Both the position numbers and the translations under genes were made by a program. A model generated the notes under the pieces. It was not told the origin of the DNA and ran no database searches. It saw only the letters and a list, made by a program, of their open reading frames with translations. DNA of 64,000 nucleotides from Octopus sinensis (Eukaryota). The stretch is taken from positions 207,328,001-207,392,000 of the forward strand of contig NC_042997.1 in NCBI RefSeq assembly GCF_006345805.1, given 5' to 3'. Every line of letters begins with the position of its first letter. Position 1 is the stretch's first letter. This document shows, piece by piece, positions 36,167 to 47,939 of the stretch.

Positions 36167-37620
36167 CTATGTTTGACTTTTGCTTTATATTTGTACAAGT
36201 TGGCTCCAAGTCTCACCCAGAGACCTCAAGAGACAACAGGGTTGGAAGTTCATGTTGTTGTTATGCCTAGTGTGCCATATATTTGGGGGGTGAGGGTGTT
36301 GTACTAATGAATGTCTAAAAAAAATTTTTTTTTTTTTTTTTTAAACCGAAAATTATGTTTGTTTTAAACCTTGAGATTACATACAAAGTATTTTGCGTAG
36401 GATATGAGCAGTTCCCATGAGCACTATCTTTTGAATTTCTGCCATTTTTGGGTTTCCTGGTATCTGAGTTAGGTAGCTATCATCCCCTTTTGCTATCATT
36501 CCCAGGGCACCTATGACAACAGGTATTGTTTTAGTCTTCAGGTTCCACATTTTGCTGATTTCTATTTCAAGATCTTTATATTTGCTCAGTTTTTGGTAGG
36601 TCTTGACAGATACGTTTATATCGATTGGGACAGTCATATCAATAAGGAGGCATGTTCTTTGTCTGAAGTCTTTCAATATGATGTCTGGCCTATTTGCATC
36701 TATCTTTCTGTCAGTTTGAATGGTAAAGTTCCAGAGGAGTGAGATGTGGTCATTTTGAAGCACTGGGGGTGGTTTGTGTTCCCACCAGTTTTTTTCATGG
36801 GGCAAATCCAGGTTTTTACAGACTACCCAGTGAATATATTGTGCAGCTCTATCGTGCCTGTTGAGATACTCTGTAGGCGCTAGAAGACTGCACTTGGAGA
36901 CCACATGGTCAATGGTTTCATTTTGTTGCTTGCATACACGACCCGTTGGACTGCTTCTGATCTTTAATATGTTGGCCTGGTAGTTTCTTGTTGGTAGGCA
37001 TTGATCTTGAGCTGCTATGATAAACCCCTCTGTTTCAGATTTTAAGCCATTGATGGGTCAGGGCTTTGTCAACATCTGCATCATTCACTCTCTTTGGGTA
37101 TTTGCCATAGAGAGGTTTTTCTTGCCATTTATCATTCAGAATATCTAAGGCAGCAGTTTTAGCACGTGTTTTCATGCGCTTAGCTTTTTCTGTGCTTGTT
37201 TCTTGTGTGTCTAATTCCAAAATTTGTTGTGTTCGGAATTCACTTAGATATTCCTTTGCCGGTTTTGTTACTGAGTATGATGCTTTCTTGTTTTCCTGTT
37301 TTGAGACAAGTTTTAACATCCAGTCCCCAGAGTTTTTCAGGTAGGTGTCTAGGCCAATTGTAGCAATCTTCATTGTTATTGCCAGTTGTAAAAGTCCATG
37401 GCCTCCCTCTTTTCTTGGCAGATAAAGTCGTTCTGTATCTGCCTTAGGGTGGTGCATTCTATGCATTGTCAACAGTTTTCGTATTTTTCTGTCAAGATTA
37501 CATATTTCAGTAATTGACCAGTTAACGATATTGAAACTGTAAGTCACGACTGGTATGGCTAATGCATTGATCGCTTCGATCCTGTTTCTCGCATTCAGCT
37601 CTGTCTTGAGTATTGCTCTT
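36167..37620 (-). mobile_element. R4/Dong LINE family C, 5'-truncated
   Basis: ORF 36377-36904 with RHDRAAQYIHW...RPDIILKD...LIDMTVP...KYKDL; TAA flanks. Confidence 0.92.
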
Positions 37621-37646
37621 ATTATTATTATTATTATTATTATTAA

Positions 37647-37713
<67 letters not shown>

Positions 37714-37748
37714 ATTATTATTATTAATATCATTATTATTATTATTAA

Positions 37749-37791
<43 letters not shown>

Positions 37792-37854
37792 ATTATTATT
37801 AATATTATTATTATTATTATTAATATCATTATCATTAGTATTATTATTATTATT

Positions 37855-38403
37855 GAGTGAGAGAGCAGTTCATGCCATCAAAGTGACACTGGGGTAAAAT
37901 ATACGAAGCCCAATATACCCATCATGACTACCCGTCTGATAAAGGCACACCAGGCACATGCATCACAACCATATGTGCGCGACATGGTGATCTCATATCA
38001 AGATAAACAGCACATGACCTTGCAGGTGGGGCCCAGTTAGAATTTTCTTCAGGTTGAGTAGCCGATCCTGCTCAAACGGTCCCTGAATAAGGGTTGTTTA
38101 AGGATGTTGAAAGAACCACCCATGTTTCCAGAAGTGAATTATTCAAACCCCAAAGAATCCCTCTCAACACATGGCTATGATGCTCCCCCACTACTTCTGC
38201 TCGTGATCAGAGATGCACATATTATCAGCCACTAAGGGACATGCTCAACTGGTTAAGGTCAAACAACTGACAAGCAAATCTGTGGTATTGAGCAGAATAT
38301 TTGCTGTAGCCCATCTTTTATACCAAGACAAAACAATGTACATGATAACACTTCCAATCAGTTAAGATCAGAAGCCATGAGAGCCATTGCCTGGTACTGC
38401 ATC
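37855..38403 (-). mobile_element. Unclassified ~550 bp element bounded by (TAA)n; strand assumed from neighbours
   Basis: Complex, ORF-poor sequence with sharp boundaries between two ATT tracts. Confidence 0.45.
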
Positions 38404-38490
38404 TATTATTATTATTATTATTATAATTATTATTAATATTATTATTATTATTATTAATATCATTATCATTAGTATTATTATTATTATTAT

Positions 38491-39185
38491 TTGCGCTGGT
38501 ATGGTCATGTGGCGAGAATGGATGAAGATAGTTGTGTGAAAAAGTGCCACACCCTAGCTGTTGAGGGAACCTGCGGAAGAGGCAGACCCAGGAAAACCTG
38601 GGACGAGGTGGTGAAGCACGACCTTCGAACTTTAGGTCTCACTGAGGAAATGACTAGAGACCAAGACCTCTGGAAGTGTGCTGTGCGCGAGAAGACCCGG
38701 CAGGACAAGTGAGTCCATAACCCGTGGCCTTCTACATGGGATGGAGCCAGCCTACATATGCATACCTTCCCTTCTTGGGACACAAAACTCTACTTGTGAA
38801 GACCTGTTGAGACAAGTGAGGATCAGAATCGAAATCGATCAATGGAAATTGCAGATGTGTTACCAGTGCCGGTGGCATGTAAGAGAACCTTCCGTTTCGT
38901 GACCGTTGCCAGCACCTCCCCGACTGGCCTCGTGCCGATGGCACGTAAAAAGCACCATCCGTTCGTGTCCGTTGCCAGCCTTGCCTGGCCCTCGTGCCGG
39001 TGGCACATAAAAACCACCCACTACACTCACGGAGTGGTTGGCGTTAGGAAGGGCATCCAGCCGTAGAAACACTGCCAGATTTGACTGGGCCTGATGAAGC
39101 CTTCTGGCTTCACAGACCCCAGTAGAACCGTCCAACCCATGCTAGCATGGAAAACGGATGCTAAACGATGATGATGATGATTATT
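38491..39185 (+). mobile_element. RTE 3' end (ORF C-terminus and 3' UTR)
   Basis: RWYGHVARM...GRGRPRKTWDEVVKHDLR; (GAT)n tail. Confidence 0.92.
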
Positions 39186-39501
39186 ATTATTATTTAACTG
39201 AACAAACAACAATGAAAAGAAATGTGTTCAACAAGAGAGGGAGAGAAACAAACTTAGTTCTTATTAAATACCATTGTATATTAATGGGGGTAGAGACCCC
39301 CCTCGGTCATCAATGGCCATGGTATTGCACCTAGAAACTTCCCCTCTGTCTATTAAAGAATCTTCTTCTAAATGATGGAATTGTATTGTTTCTTGGTATT
39401 GCAGCTGATAAATTACTGCAATAATATCACAGGTTAATTATATATATTTTGAGTAAGAACATTTGTTGGATTAAATATGTTGTATATTTTATTTATAACA
39501 G

Positions 39502-39681
39502 GTATTTTTGGTATGCCCATAGAAGAAGGAACCAAATGTACAGTAACAACGATAAAGAATTATCTTGATACTCACACAAATTCCAAAATAAAACATATTT
39601 GTTTGATTGATGTACAGAAGGAAGTAATCAGAGCTTTTAAGCTTCATCTAGAAATGGTGTTTGGAATCAGTAAAAGCAGAG
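39502..39681 (+). CDS. Macrodomain gene exon (macrodomain 1 C-terminus)
   Basis: ataacag acceptor, gtagga donor, phase 1-1. Starts (G)IFGMPIEEG, which completes AISTG|IFGMP with the exon at 7243. Confidence 0.9.
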
Positions 39682-39799
39682 GTAGGACTTGTTATTTGTT
39701 TGATATTTTAGTGAAAATTTAAATGACTTATTTCAGGTGTTAATTAAGATTTTTTCCTCCTCCTTCAGTCAACTTTTATCTGATTCCTATTATTGGTTT

Positions 39800-39965
39800 A
39801 TGGGCACAGCCATGGATTTGTGGTTAAAAAGATTCATTTCTAACCATGTTAATTCCCAATGTAAGGCAACACAAGCAAATATCTTCTAGTATGGCCCTGA
39901 GCCGACCAAAGCCTTGTCAACTGGTTTGGGATATGGAAACTGATTGATGAGGCCCTCATATATGT

Positions 39966-40008
<43 letters not shown>

Positions 40009-40030
40009 ATGCATGTACACGCACACATAT
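39800..40030 (+). mobile_element. Degenerate SINE with (GT)n
   Basis: tgtggtta head-like motif, ccgaccaaagccttgt core, ggaaactga, then (GT)n. Confidence 0.5.
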
Positions 40031-40132
40031 TTGTGACATATTTTAACCTCCCTGCATTTACTTTAGACATAAGATTCTCTCTTATTGTAAAAAATTAAAA
40101 ACATCCCCTCCAACATAGGTTTTGCATATATA

Positions 40133-41364
40133 TCATCATCATCATCATCATCCTTGTTTAACGTCTGTTTTCCATGCTAGCATGGATTGGACGATTTGAC
40201 TGAGGATTGGTGAACCAGATGGCTGCACCAGGCTCCAATCTTGAACTGGCAGAATTTCTACAGCTAGATGCCCTTCCTAATGCCAACCACTCCGAGAGTG
40301 TACTGGGTGCTTTTACATGCCACCGGCATGGAGGCCAGTCAGGCGGTACTGTCAACGAACATGCTCAAATTTTTTTTCATGTGCCACTGGCACAAGTGCC
40401 AGTAAGGCGACGCTGATAATGATTATGCTCGATTGGGGCCTTTTACTTGACACTGGCATGGAAGCCAGTTGGTTGCTCTGTCAACGATCATGCTCAGATG
40501 ATGCTCTTAGTACCCCACAGGCACAGATGCCTGTCATCGAATTTGATTTCGATTTCACTTGCCTCAATAGGTCTTTGCAAGCAGAGTTTAGTGTCCAAGG
40601 AAGGAAAGGTACACATAAGTGGGCTGGTTACGCTCCTGGCATAGGCCATGAGGTTATGGTCTCACTTGTCCTGCCGGGTCTTCTCAAGCACAGCATATTT
40701 CCAAAAGTCTCGGTCACTAGTCATTGCCTCGGTGAGGCTTAATGTTTGAAGGTTGTGCTTGACCACTTCATCCCGGGTCTTCCTGGGTCTACCTCTTCCA
40801 CAGGTTCTCTCAACTGCCAGGGTGTGGCACTTTTTCACACACCTATCTTCAGCCATTCTCGTCACATGACCATACCAGCACAGTCGTCTCTCTTGCACAC
40901 CACAACTGATGCTTCTTAGGTCCAACTTTTCTCTCAAGGTACTTACACTCTGTCGAGTATGCACACTGACATTACACATCCATTGGAGCATACTGGCTTC
41001 ATTCTTTGCAAGCTTACGCATGTCCCCAGCAGTCACAGCCCATGTTTCACTGCCATGTAGCATGGCTGTTCATACACATGCATCATACAGTCTACCTTTT
41101 GTTCTGAGCGAGAGGCCTTTTGTTACCAGCAGAGGTAAGAGATCTATGAACTTTGCCCAGGCTATTCTTATTCTAGCAGCTACACTTTCAGTGCACCTTT
41201 CTTTGCTACTGACTTGGTCACTTAGGTAACGGAAGCTATCAACTGCTTCTAGTTTTTTCTCCCTGGAATGTGGTAGAAGTTGGTTTCTCCACATTTTCAG
41301 TGTTTATTGCTCCTGAGCATCTGCCACGTACAAAAACTATTTTCCCGGTTAGCCTTCCAGTGAT
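40133..41364 (-). mobile_element. 5'-truncated RTE LINE
   Basis: ORFs 40662-41063 and 41070-41294 match the RTE C-terminus; (GAT)n tail. Confidence 0.92.
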
Positions 41365-41759
41365 ATTATACACACACATTTTCTACTAATAATTCTTTAG
41401 AGAGAAATTTCTTGAAATAAGTGTTTTATTTTCTTACGTCCAATAATGTTGAACCAAGAGTTATAGTGTTGGCTGACTCTAAAGTATTTACGAGAGGCCA
41501 TTTAGCTCTGGAAGCCTTCTTCAACTGAACAACCAAGTTTCTTTCCTTGAACAGGTTCCCCTCTTAGAAATTACTTATCACGTGACCATCAGCCTGAGTC
41601 ATGTGATGTGGTAAGCAGGTAAATTGTGTGAAGCAGACAACACTGCCATATGAGTGAGATATACATGAAAGACAAATTATAAGAAAGGTTTTAAAATGCA
41701 CCATATATAGTCCAACCCATGCTAGCATGGAAAATGGACGCTAAACGATGATGATGATA

Positions 41760-43008
41760 CAGAGTGCAGATGGTATTTGAGGACACGTGCATTTTTAGTC
41801 ATTATTTTATTTGACTAATTTTTATTGAACTTCTATTTCAGAAAATAACAATGAAAGGCCTTATGCTTACTAATGAAATAAAAAGGCTTGTTGTGATTGT
41901 GGCTTTGAAGGCTAAGCATGGTGATTTAGAAATTTCTTGCTTTCTGAAAGTTGCAAGATCTTTTGACCATAAGATTTAGTTAGAGGAAGAAGATGGATGC
42001 ATATTATCTGTATCAAAACATTCCAAATGTTCTGATTCTATCAGGACATCTGAAATTATTCTGGAAGTTAAATAGAACACTGAAGACAATCCAAGAAAAT
42101 CAATGAGGTTAATTGCAAAAAATATCACATGTCAGAAAAACAATCAGAAATGTTGTGCAGGGAGTCATCAAATACAAATCTTACGTGATGAGATGTCAAT
42201 CCATGTTAGGAAAAAGCATAAGAAAGCCATTTAATCAGATCCAAAAGACTTTTGAACAAACTTGAAAATTTGTTAGAAGATGGTGTGATTTGGTTTTTCT
42301 TGGATGAGAAAAACTTTGACCAGGACCAGAAAACTAACAGAAGAAATGACAGATGACTATGTGCAGGACCTTCTGAGGTTTCAAGAGTAGTGCACACAAA
42401 ATTTCCTGCAAGTGTCATGGTTTTGGGTGTTGTTAGCAATGAAGGACACGGGATGCAACCTCACTTTTTTCCACAAGGCCTTAGGATGAATACTGCTTCG
42501 TATATTGAGGTTCTAGATAAAGTTGTTAAGCCTTGGATCAACTGTGTATGCAATGGAAGGCCTTATGCCTTTCAACAAGATTCAGCACCATTACACAAGG
42601 CTCAGATGACACAAGAATGGATCACTGACTATTTGCATAATCACATCACCCCCAATATTTGGTCTCCTAATACTCCAGATCTCAATCCACTGGACAACTC
42701 TGTATGAAGCATCATTGAGAAAAATGTCAATAAACATCCCCATAGCACCAAAGATTCTTTGAAAGCCACCATAGTTTGAGTCATGTCCAATATGAACAAC
42801 AATCATTTAATCTGAGCTTGTAAACAATTTTGGGCCCATGCATAGGCAGTTTTTGATACTTATGGTGGTTTTATTGAAGGAAATTATTAAACTGATAATT
42901 TAGCTTTATGTTTATGTTATTCTTATAAAAATACAGTTTTTTACTGTTATTATGTGTTGTTTTTTTTTTCAAACCATAAATTTGTCTTCAAATACCATCT
43001 GCACCTTG
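41760..43008 (+). mobile_element. Tc1/mariner-superfamily DD37D (maT-like) transposon, transposase disrupted
   Basis: ~26 bp imperfect TIRs (cagagtgcagatggtatttgaggaca and its reverse-complement match at 42983-43008); TA on the left; F.DEK, FQQDSAP and DLNPLD with 37 residues between the last two D. Confidence 0.9.
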
Positions 43009-43393
43009 AATATCCTTGATAAAAATTTCAAAGACTACATGTTTATTATGGACTTCTGGTCACACATGTGCAATGATATACAGCAACTAGCCTGAGCATT
43101 ACCTGCACTATACATACACATGTGTGTCCCAATGAATTTCTTTCGTCATAATTTAAAGAAAACCATACTTATTTAATGAGATTTTCTATAAAGATGCTTC
43201 AGATGGTATAAATTCCAATTCTATTGGAATTTGTTGTAAAAAAAAAATCTTTCAAAACAAATATCTGACATGTATCAGTATTTATGTCTGCAATTTTTAT
43301 TTTCATATTAAATTCCAATATTATCGTAATTTACAGACTCTTAAAGGTATTTGTGAAAATTTTCATCTAAAAATAACCATTTTCCCAAAAGTT

Positions 43394-43640
43394 ATCATCA
43401 TCATCATCTTTTAACGTCTGTTTTCCATGCTAGCATGGGTTGGAAGGTTCAGCTGGTGTCTGGGAAGCCAGGAGGCTGTACCAGGCTCCAGTCTGATCTG
43501 GTAGTGATTCTACAGCTGGATGCCCTTCCTAATGCCAACCATTCTGTGAGTGTACTGGGGGCTTTTTACGTACCACTGGCACAGGGGCCAGAGGAGGCTG
43601 GCAATGGCCATGATCGGTTGGTGCTTTTTATGTGCCCAAA
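43394..43640 (-). mobile_element. RTE 3' UTR fragment
   Basis: (GAT)n tail, ccatgctagcatgg, ggatgcccttcctaatgccaacc. Confidence 0.85.
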
Positions 43641-44055
43641 GGAACCAAATTTGACTGGTGTGAATTTTCTGAAACTCCTCTCTCCACTTCCTCAAAAACA
43701 TTTTTTCACAACAAATTCCGAACTTACTGGAATCTACACCATCTGAAGCCTGTTTTAATAAATGTTTTAAGAAAAAAAGGAGGAGGAAGATCACATTTAC
43801 TAACCAGTTTCATTGTTTTCAGACTTTGAAAGTTTCAAGTATGTTCTTCAATGTATTTATAGTCCATGTGGTAGAAGAAACAGATGGAAATAATCTTATA
43901 TAGCCTTGTCGCTATATAAAAGGTCAGGGAGAAATGACTACAAGTTAGCATGTATTCTCTTGCTAAATCATATTTTCAGAAAGGAATATCATTATTTATA
44001 TGGAATAAAGTAGTTCTTTTAAGAGAGAGAAGAATGTTTAATTGTTTATTTTCAG

Positions 44056-44174
44056 AAGCCACATCATTAAACCCATCCTTTCCTGGTCCACATCAGAAAG
44101 CAGCCCCTATGACGTCCAGAGAAAATGCTGGCATAGAAATAAACCTAAGGATTGATTCAATTTCTAATGCATCT
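44056..44174 (+). CDS. Macrodomain gene exon (linker and first strand of macrodomain 2)
   Basis: ttttcag acceptor, gtgagt donor, phase 1-0. (E)ATSLNPSF...GIEINLRIDSISNAS. Confidence 0.82.
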
Positions 44175-44455
44175 GTGAGTAAATAGATTCATGTAACTTA
44201 TTTATATTTAATTGTTATTTCATTTCCAAATAAGGAATCATTACAGTTAATTAAAACATTTTCTCAATCAAACTCAAACATTTTATTTCCTTCACATCTG
44301 ATATCTTGAGTATATCTTTTGCTAACTTTAACAACCTCAAACTTACTACAGCCATTCTGTAGAGCCTTTCTTAACAACAATATCAACTGCAACAATGTAT
44401 CTCTCTTCTCTCCATGGAATGTTCCTTAGCTGTTTACCATTAATTATTTTTGTAG

Positions 44456-44683
44456 GTTGATGTCATCGTTAACAGCTCCAATGAAGAACTCCAGCTTGAC
44501 AAAGGGTCTATCTCCAAATTTATTCTCAATGCTGCTGGTCCCCAGATACAAAACGAATGTAACCAGAGATATCCTCAAGGTATTTCTACATCTAAAATAG
44601 CTGTCACTAAAGGATATAACCTCAACTGTAAGAATGTATTTCATCTGGTATTACCTCCCTGGGATGTAAATTCCCCTGATTCA
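44456..44683 (+). CDS. Macrodomain gene exon (macrodomain 2 N-half); not in the ORF track
   Basis: tttgtag acceptor, gtaagt donor, 76 open codons, phase 0-0. VDVIVNSSNEELQLDKGSISKFILNAAGPQIQNEC...KGYNLNCKNVFHLVLPPW. Confidence 0.92.
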
Positions 44684-45263
44684 GTAAGTATCAATCATAT
44701 GATATTGATTTATTGAAACAGTTAATGTTTGAAGAGAACCTTATGCATGTTGTGTGAGAATCATAAAGCAAATGACAGCATCCTGTTTAATATTTGGTCT
44801 TCCAAGTTATCATTGGAAGGAAGCAGAAGATATCGATGAACAGGACACTTTTATATATAAATAGAAGGAAAAAAGCCTCATGGCCTAACAACAGTTATGT
44901 GACTGATAAATAAGACTATATTAAAACATATTTCTCTGTTTTACTCTCTGTATTGGTGAGTTTTTCTCTGTCATGGCACGAGCACTAGAGAGGTTGTCAT
45001 GTCCTCAACAACACTAAAGACTCCTCTTGGGTCTGCATTGTCTCTCTTCATTCGACAACCATTTTACACGGTGGATTGGGTCGGTTTTATTGTAGCAGCA
45101 ACATGAGTGAGGTTGCCTTGTCTCTTGCAGGACTAAAGAGTGATAGGAATGACAGTTGTGAGAGGAGAATATATTTATTACAACTAAATGGTTTCTTCCT
45201 GTAAAAAGAAAATAATTTAATAAAATGTCTATTACCATTTACTAGACACTTATTTTCTTTTAG

Positions 45264-45491
45264 ATTCTGGCAAACTTGACTCAAATAATAACCACTTGTC
45301 TGAAAAAAGCTGAGGAATTGGGAGCAAAAAGCCTTGCATTTCCTATATTAGGAGCTGGAACATTGAAGTACCCCATTGAAATCCTACCCAGAACTATGTA
45401 TGAAGCAGTGAAAAACTACTCAAATCAAAATTCAAGCTGGATCAAAGATGTTTACTTTGTGGTTTATCCTCAAGACACAGAAATTATGAAG
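45264..45491 (+). CDS. Macrodomain gene exon (macrodomain 2 C-half)
   Basis: ttttag acceptor, gttggt donor, phase 0-0. ILANLTQIITTCLKKAEELGAKSLAFPILGAGTLKYP...VYFVVYPQDTEIMK. Confidence 0.92.
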
Positions 45492-45524
45492 GTTGGTTGA
45501 TGATTTTGTTGTTTGTTGTTTTAT

Positions 45525-46135
45525 GATGATGATCATCATCATCATTATTTAACATCCATTGTCCATACTGGCATGGGTTGGACTGTTTAACCAGTGCTGG
45601 CAAACTGAGGGGTTGCACCAGGCTCCGGTCTAATTTGCCATGGTTTCTATGGCTCGATGCCTTTCCTAGCACCAATCATTCTGAGAATGTAATGGGTGCT
45701 TCCTATGTGCCACTGGCATGGATGCCACTTACATGACACTGGCAACTGCCAGTTTGCCTCTATGAGGCCCAACGCTTGAAAGATGCTTTTTACATGCCAC
45801 CAGCATAGGGGCTAGTCAGTTATGTGACACCGACAATGGCTACAACTATGAATTTGCTTGGCTTGACGGCTCTTCTCAAGCATGGCATATCACAAAAGGT
45901 CTCGGTCACTAGTCATCTACGAGGCCCAATGTTTGAAGATTATGCTTCACATCTTGTCCCTTGTCTTTCTGGATCTTGCATTTCCACAGCTTCAATCCAC
46001 AGGTAGAAATTGGTACTTCTTCACACAGCTGTCCACATCCATACACATCACATGACCATACCAGCACAGTTGTCGCTCTTGCACACCACATCTAATACTT
46101 GACCAACTTTTCTATCAAGACATTTACACTCTCTC
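45525..46135 (-). mobile_element. Older RTE 3' fragment
   Basis: Diverged 3' UTR plus caccatac..cacatga coding tail. Confidence 0.75.
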
Positions 46136-47034
46136 TTACATTTTTGGAAGTTACCAAAGGAAATATTCTGCAATAAATAAAGAAAATAGAAACAAAAATA
46201 TGGAATCAGTTTTGTAAATTTATTTGTTGGTGTCTTAGAATTCTTCAGTTGGAATGTTGGAATCTTTGATGTGTCTCATGGCCCTGTCTTCCATACTTTT
46301 AGGTTAGCTTGGTTTTCTTCAACTCTTCCATTCCATGATTTAATTCTTTGTAACTTGATATGGATTCAGTGCAGCTACCTCCTCCTCTACAACTACCACC
46401 ACTACCACTACCTACCACAACATCCTTCAACAATTCCATTTTGGTTACTGACCAACCAAAAATGTGTTAATGGCACCACCAGAACACTGATGGTTTTCTT
46501 TCATTTCTGTTCTTCAAAGTGGAACGCTTTGGAAACTCTTCCCACAATTCTTTACATTTCTTCTCAAAGTTGGATGAATCAATTAAGGGGCTTCTATGCT
46601 GTGGCTTGACTTGCTAGTAATAGCAGCCAAGTGTCCCTGGCAGAGTTTTAAGGGGGTCAGATAGGATACCTTCTGCTATTTGTTTCAGCCCTTGGCATTC
46701 TGGGTTCAATTCCTACTGGTGTCACGATTGATAAAAATATTCCAATCTTGGCAGCTGGATTGATGGAACTGGAAGAATACCAAATCTTCTTCTATGGTGT
46801 TTGTTTCATTCTGGGTTCAAATCCTGTCATAGCCATGCTGGATTGTTAATTCACTCCATCGTTTCTTTTCACACCAACCTTTGGTAACTTGGTTACATGT
46901 GCATGAGTCCTCTCTGCTGCAAGCATTTCAGGGAAGGTCTCTGGTTTGAAAATATCTTTTCTTCCCTTCCTCCCCTCTCCCACCAGTCTTAAGAGCTCCT
47001 TCAAGGGTCATGTGCATTACCGGCCGTCCTGACT

Positions 47035-47420
47035 CATTACCATCATTGTCATCATCATCATCACCATTTAATCTTAATTTTCCATGCTGGCATGGGTTGG
47101 ACTGTGTGTGAGACAGGAGCTTGAAAGCCATAGAACTGCACTGGGCTTCAATTGTTTGTTTCTACAGCCTGGTTTCTATGGCTGGGTGCCCTTACAAATG
47201 TAACCCACTCTGTAGAGTTTACTGGGTGCTTCCCATATAAAGCATGAATGTTTTATATTTGGCAGCCACCAGCGCAGGTGCTGTATATGGGCACCTCGTA
47301 CATGGCACCAGCAGCCATGGGCTCACAGGACAAGGACTTCTCGTTTGGAACCAAGAGATTAGAGTATGTTGGAGGGACAGTCATGGGTCTTTTACACTTG
47401 ACAAGATACTTGGCTACCCC
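47035..47420 (-). mobile_element. Older RTE-like 3' fragment
   Basis: ccatgctggcatgg hairpin and (GAT)n-like tail. Confidence 0.6.
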
Positions 47421-47939
47421 AGTTGGACAAAAAAGGAAGGGAAGGTAAGAGAACGATGGAGAGAGAGAGGGGGGGTCTACCCACAGGAAACAATGGGGAT
47501 GATGTCAGTAATACAGAGGGGAGGATAGAGGGGTATGTCCAATAAGAGTATGAGGGGAGATGTTTAGAGATAGTGAGAGGACATTGGAGTGACTGGGGGT
47601 GTGGTAGATATGTGAGGACATGGACAGTGTGTAGTTAGGCGAGAGAGAGTGGAGGGGCCTACAGTGGGGTGGGGGATAAGTTGGGTTGTGAGGGAGCTTG
47701 ATAGACAACAGAATTATGTGTGAGAGGTGGGTCATGTTTGTAAGGGACATGCCTATATGTATGGATGGTCACAATGTTACTTAGCTTATAAGATGAAATA
47801 TAAAAAAAAAGCATAAATAAAATATAAGAATGAAAGAATACAGAACAGAGTGGGTAATGTAGTCCTAGGTAGACTGGTTGTCTGATGGCCTCATCCTGTT
47901 CTTTGACTTATTGTGTCCTATATTTGCTCTGTCATGATT

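Noticed and set aside
44444-44644. 66-aa minus-strand ORF
   Set aside because: Antisense shadow of the macrodomain exon 44456-44683; many + strand ORFs over minus-strand LINEs are likewise shadows.
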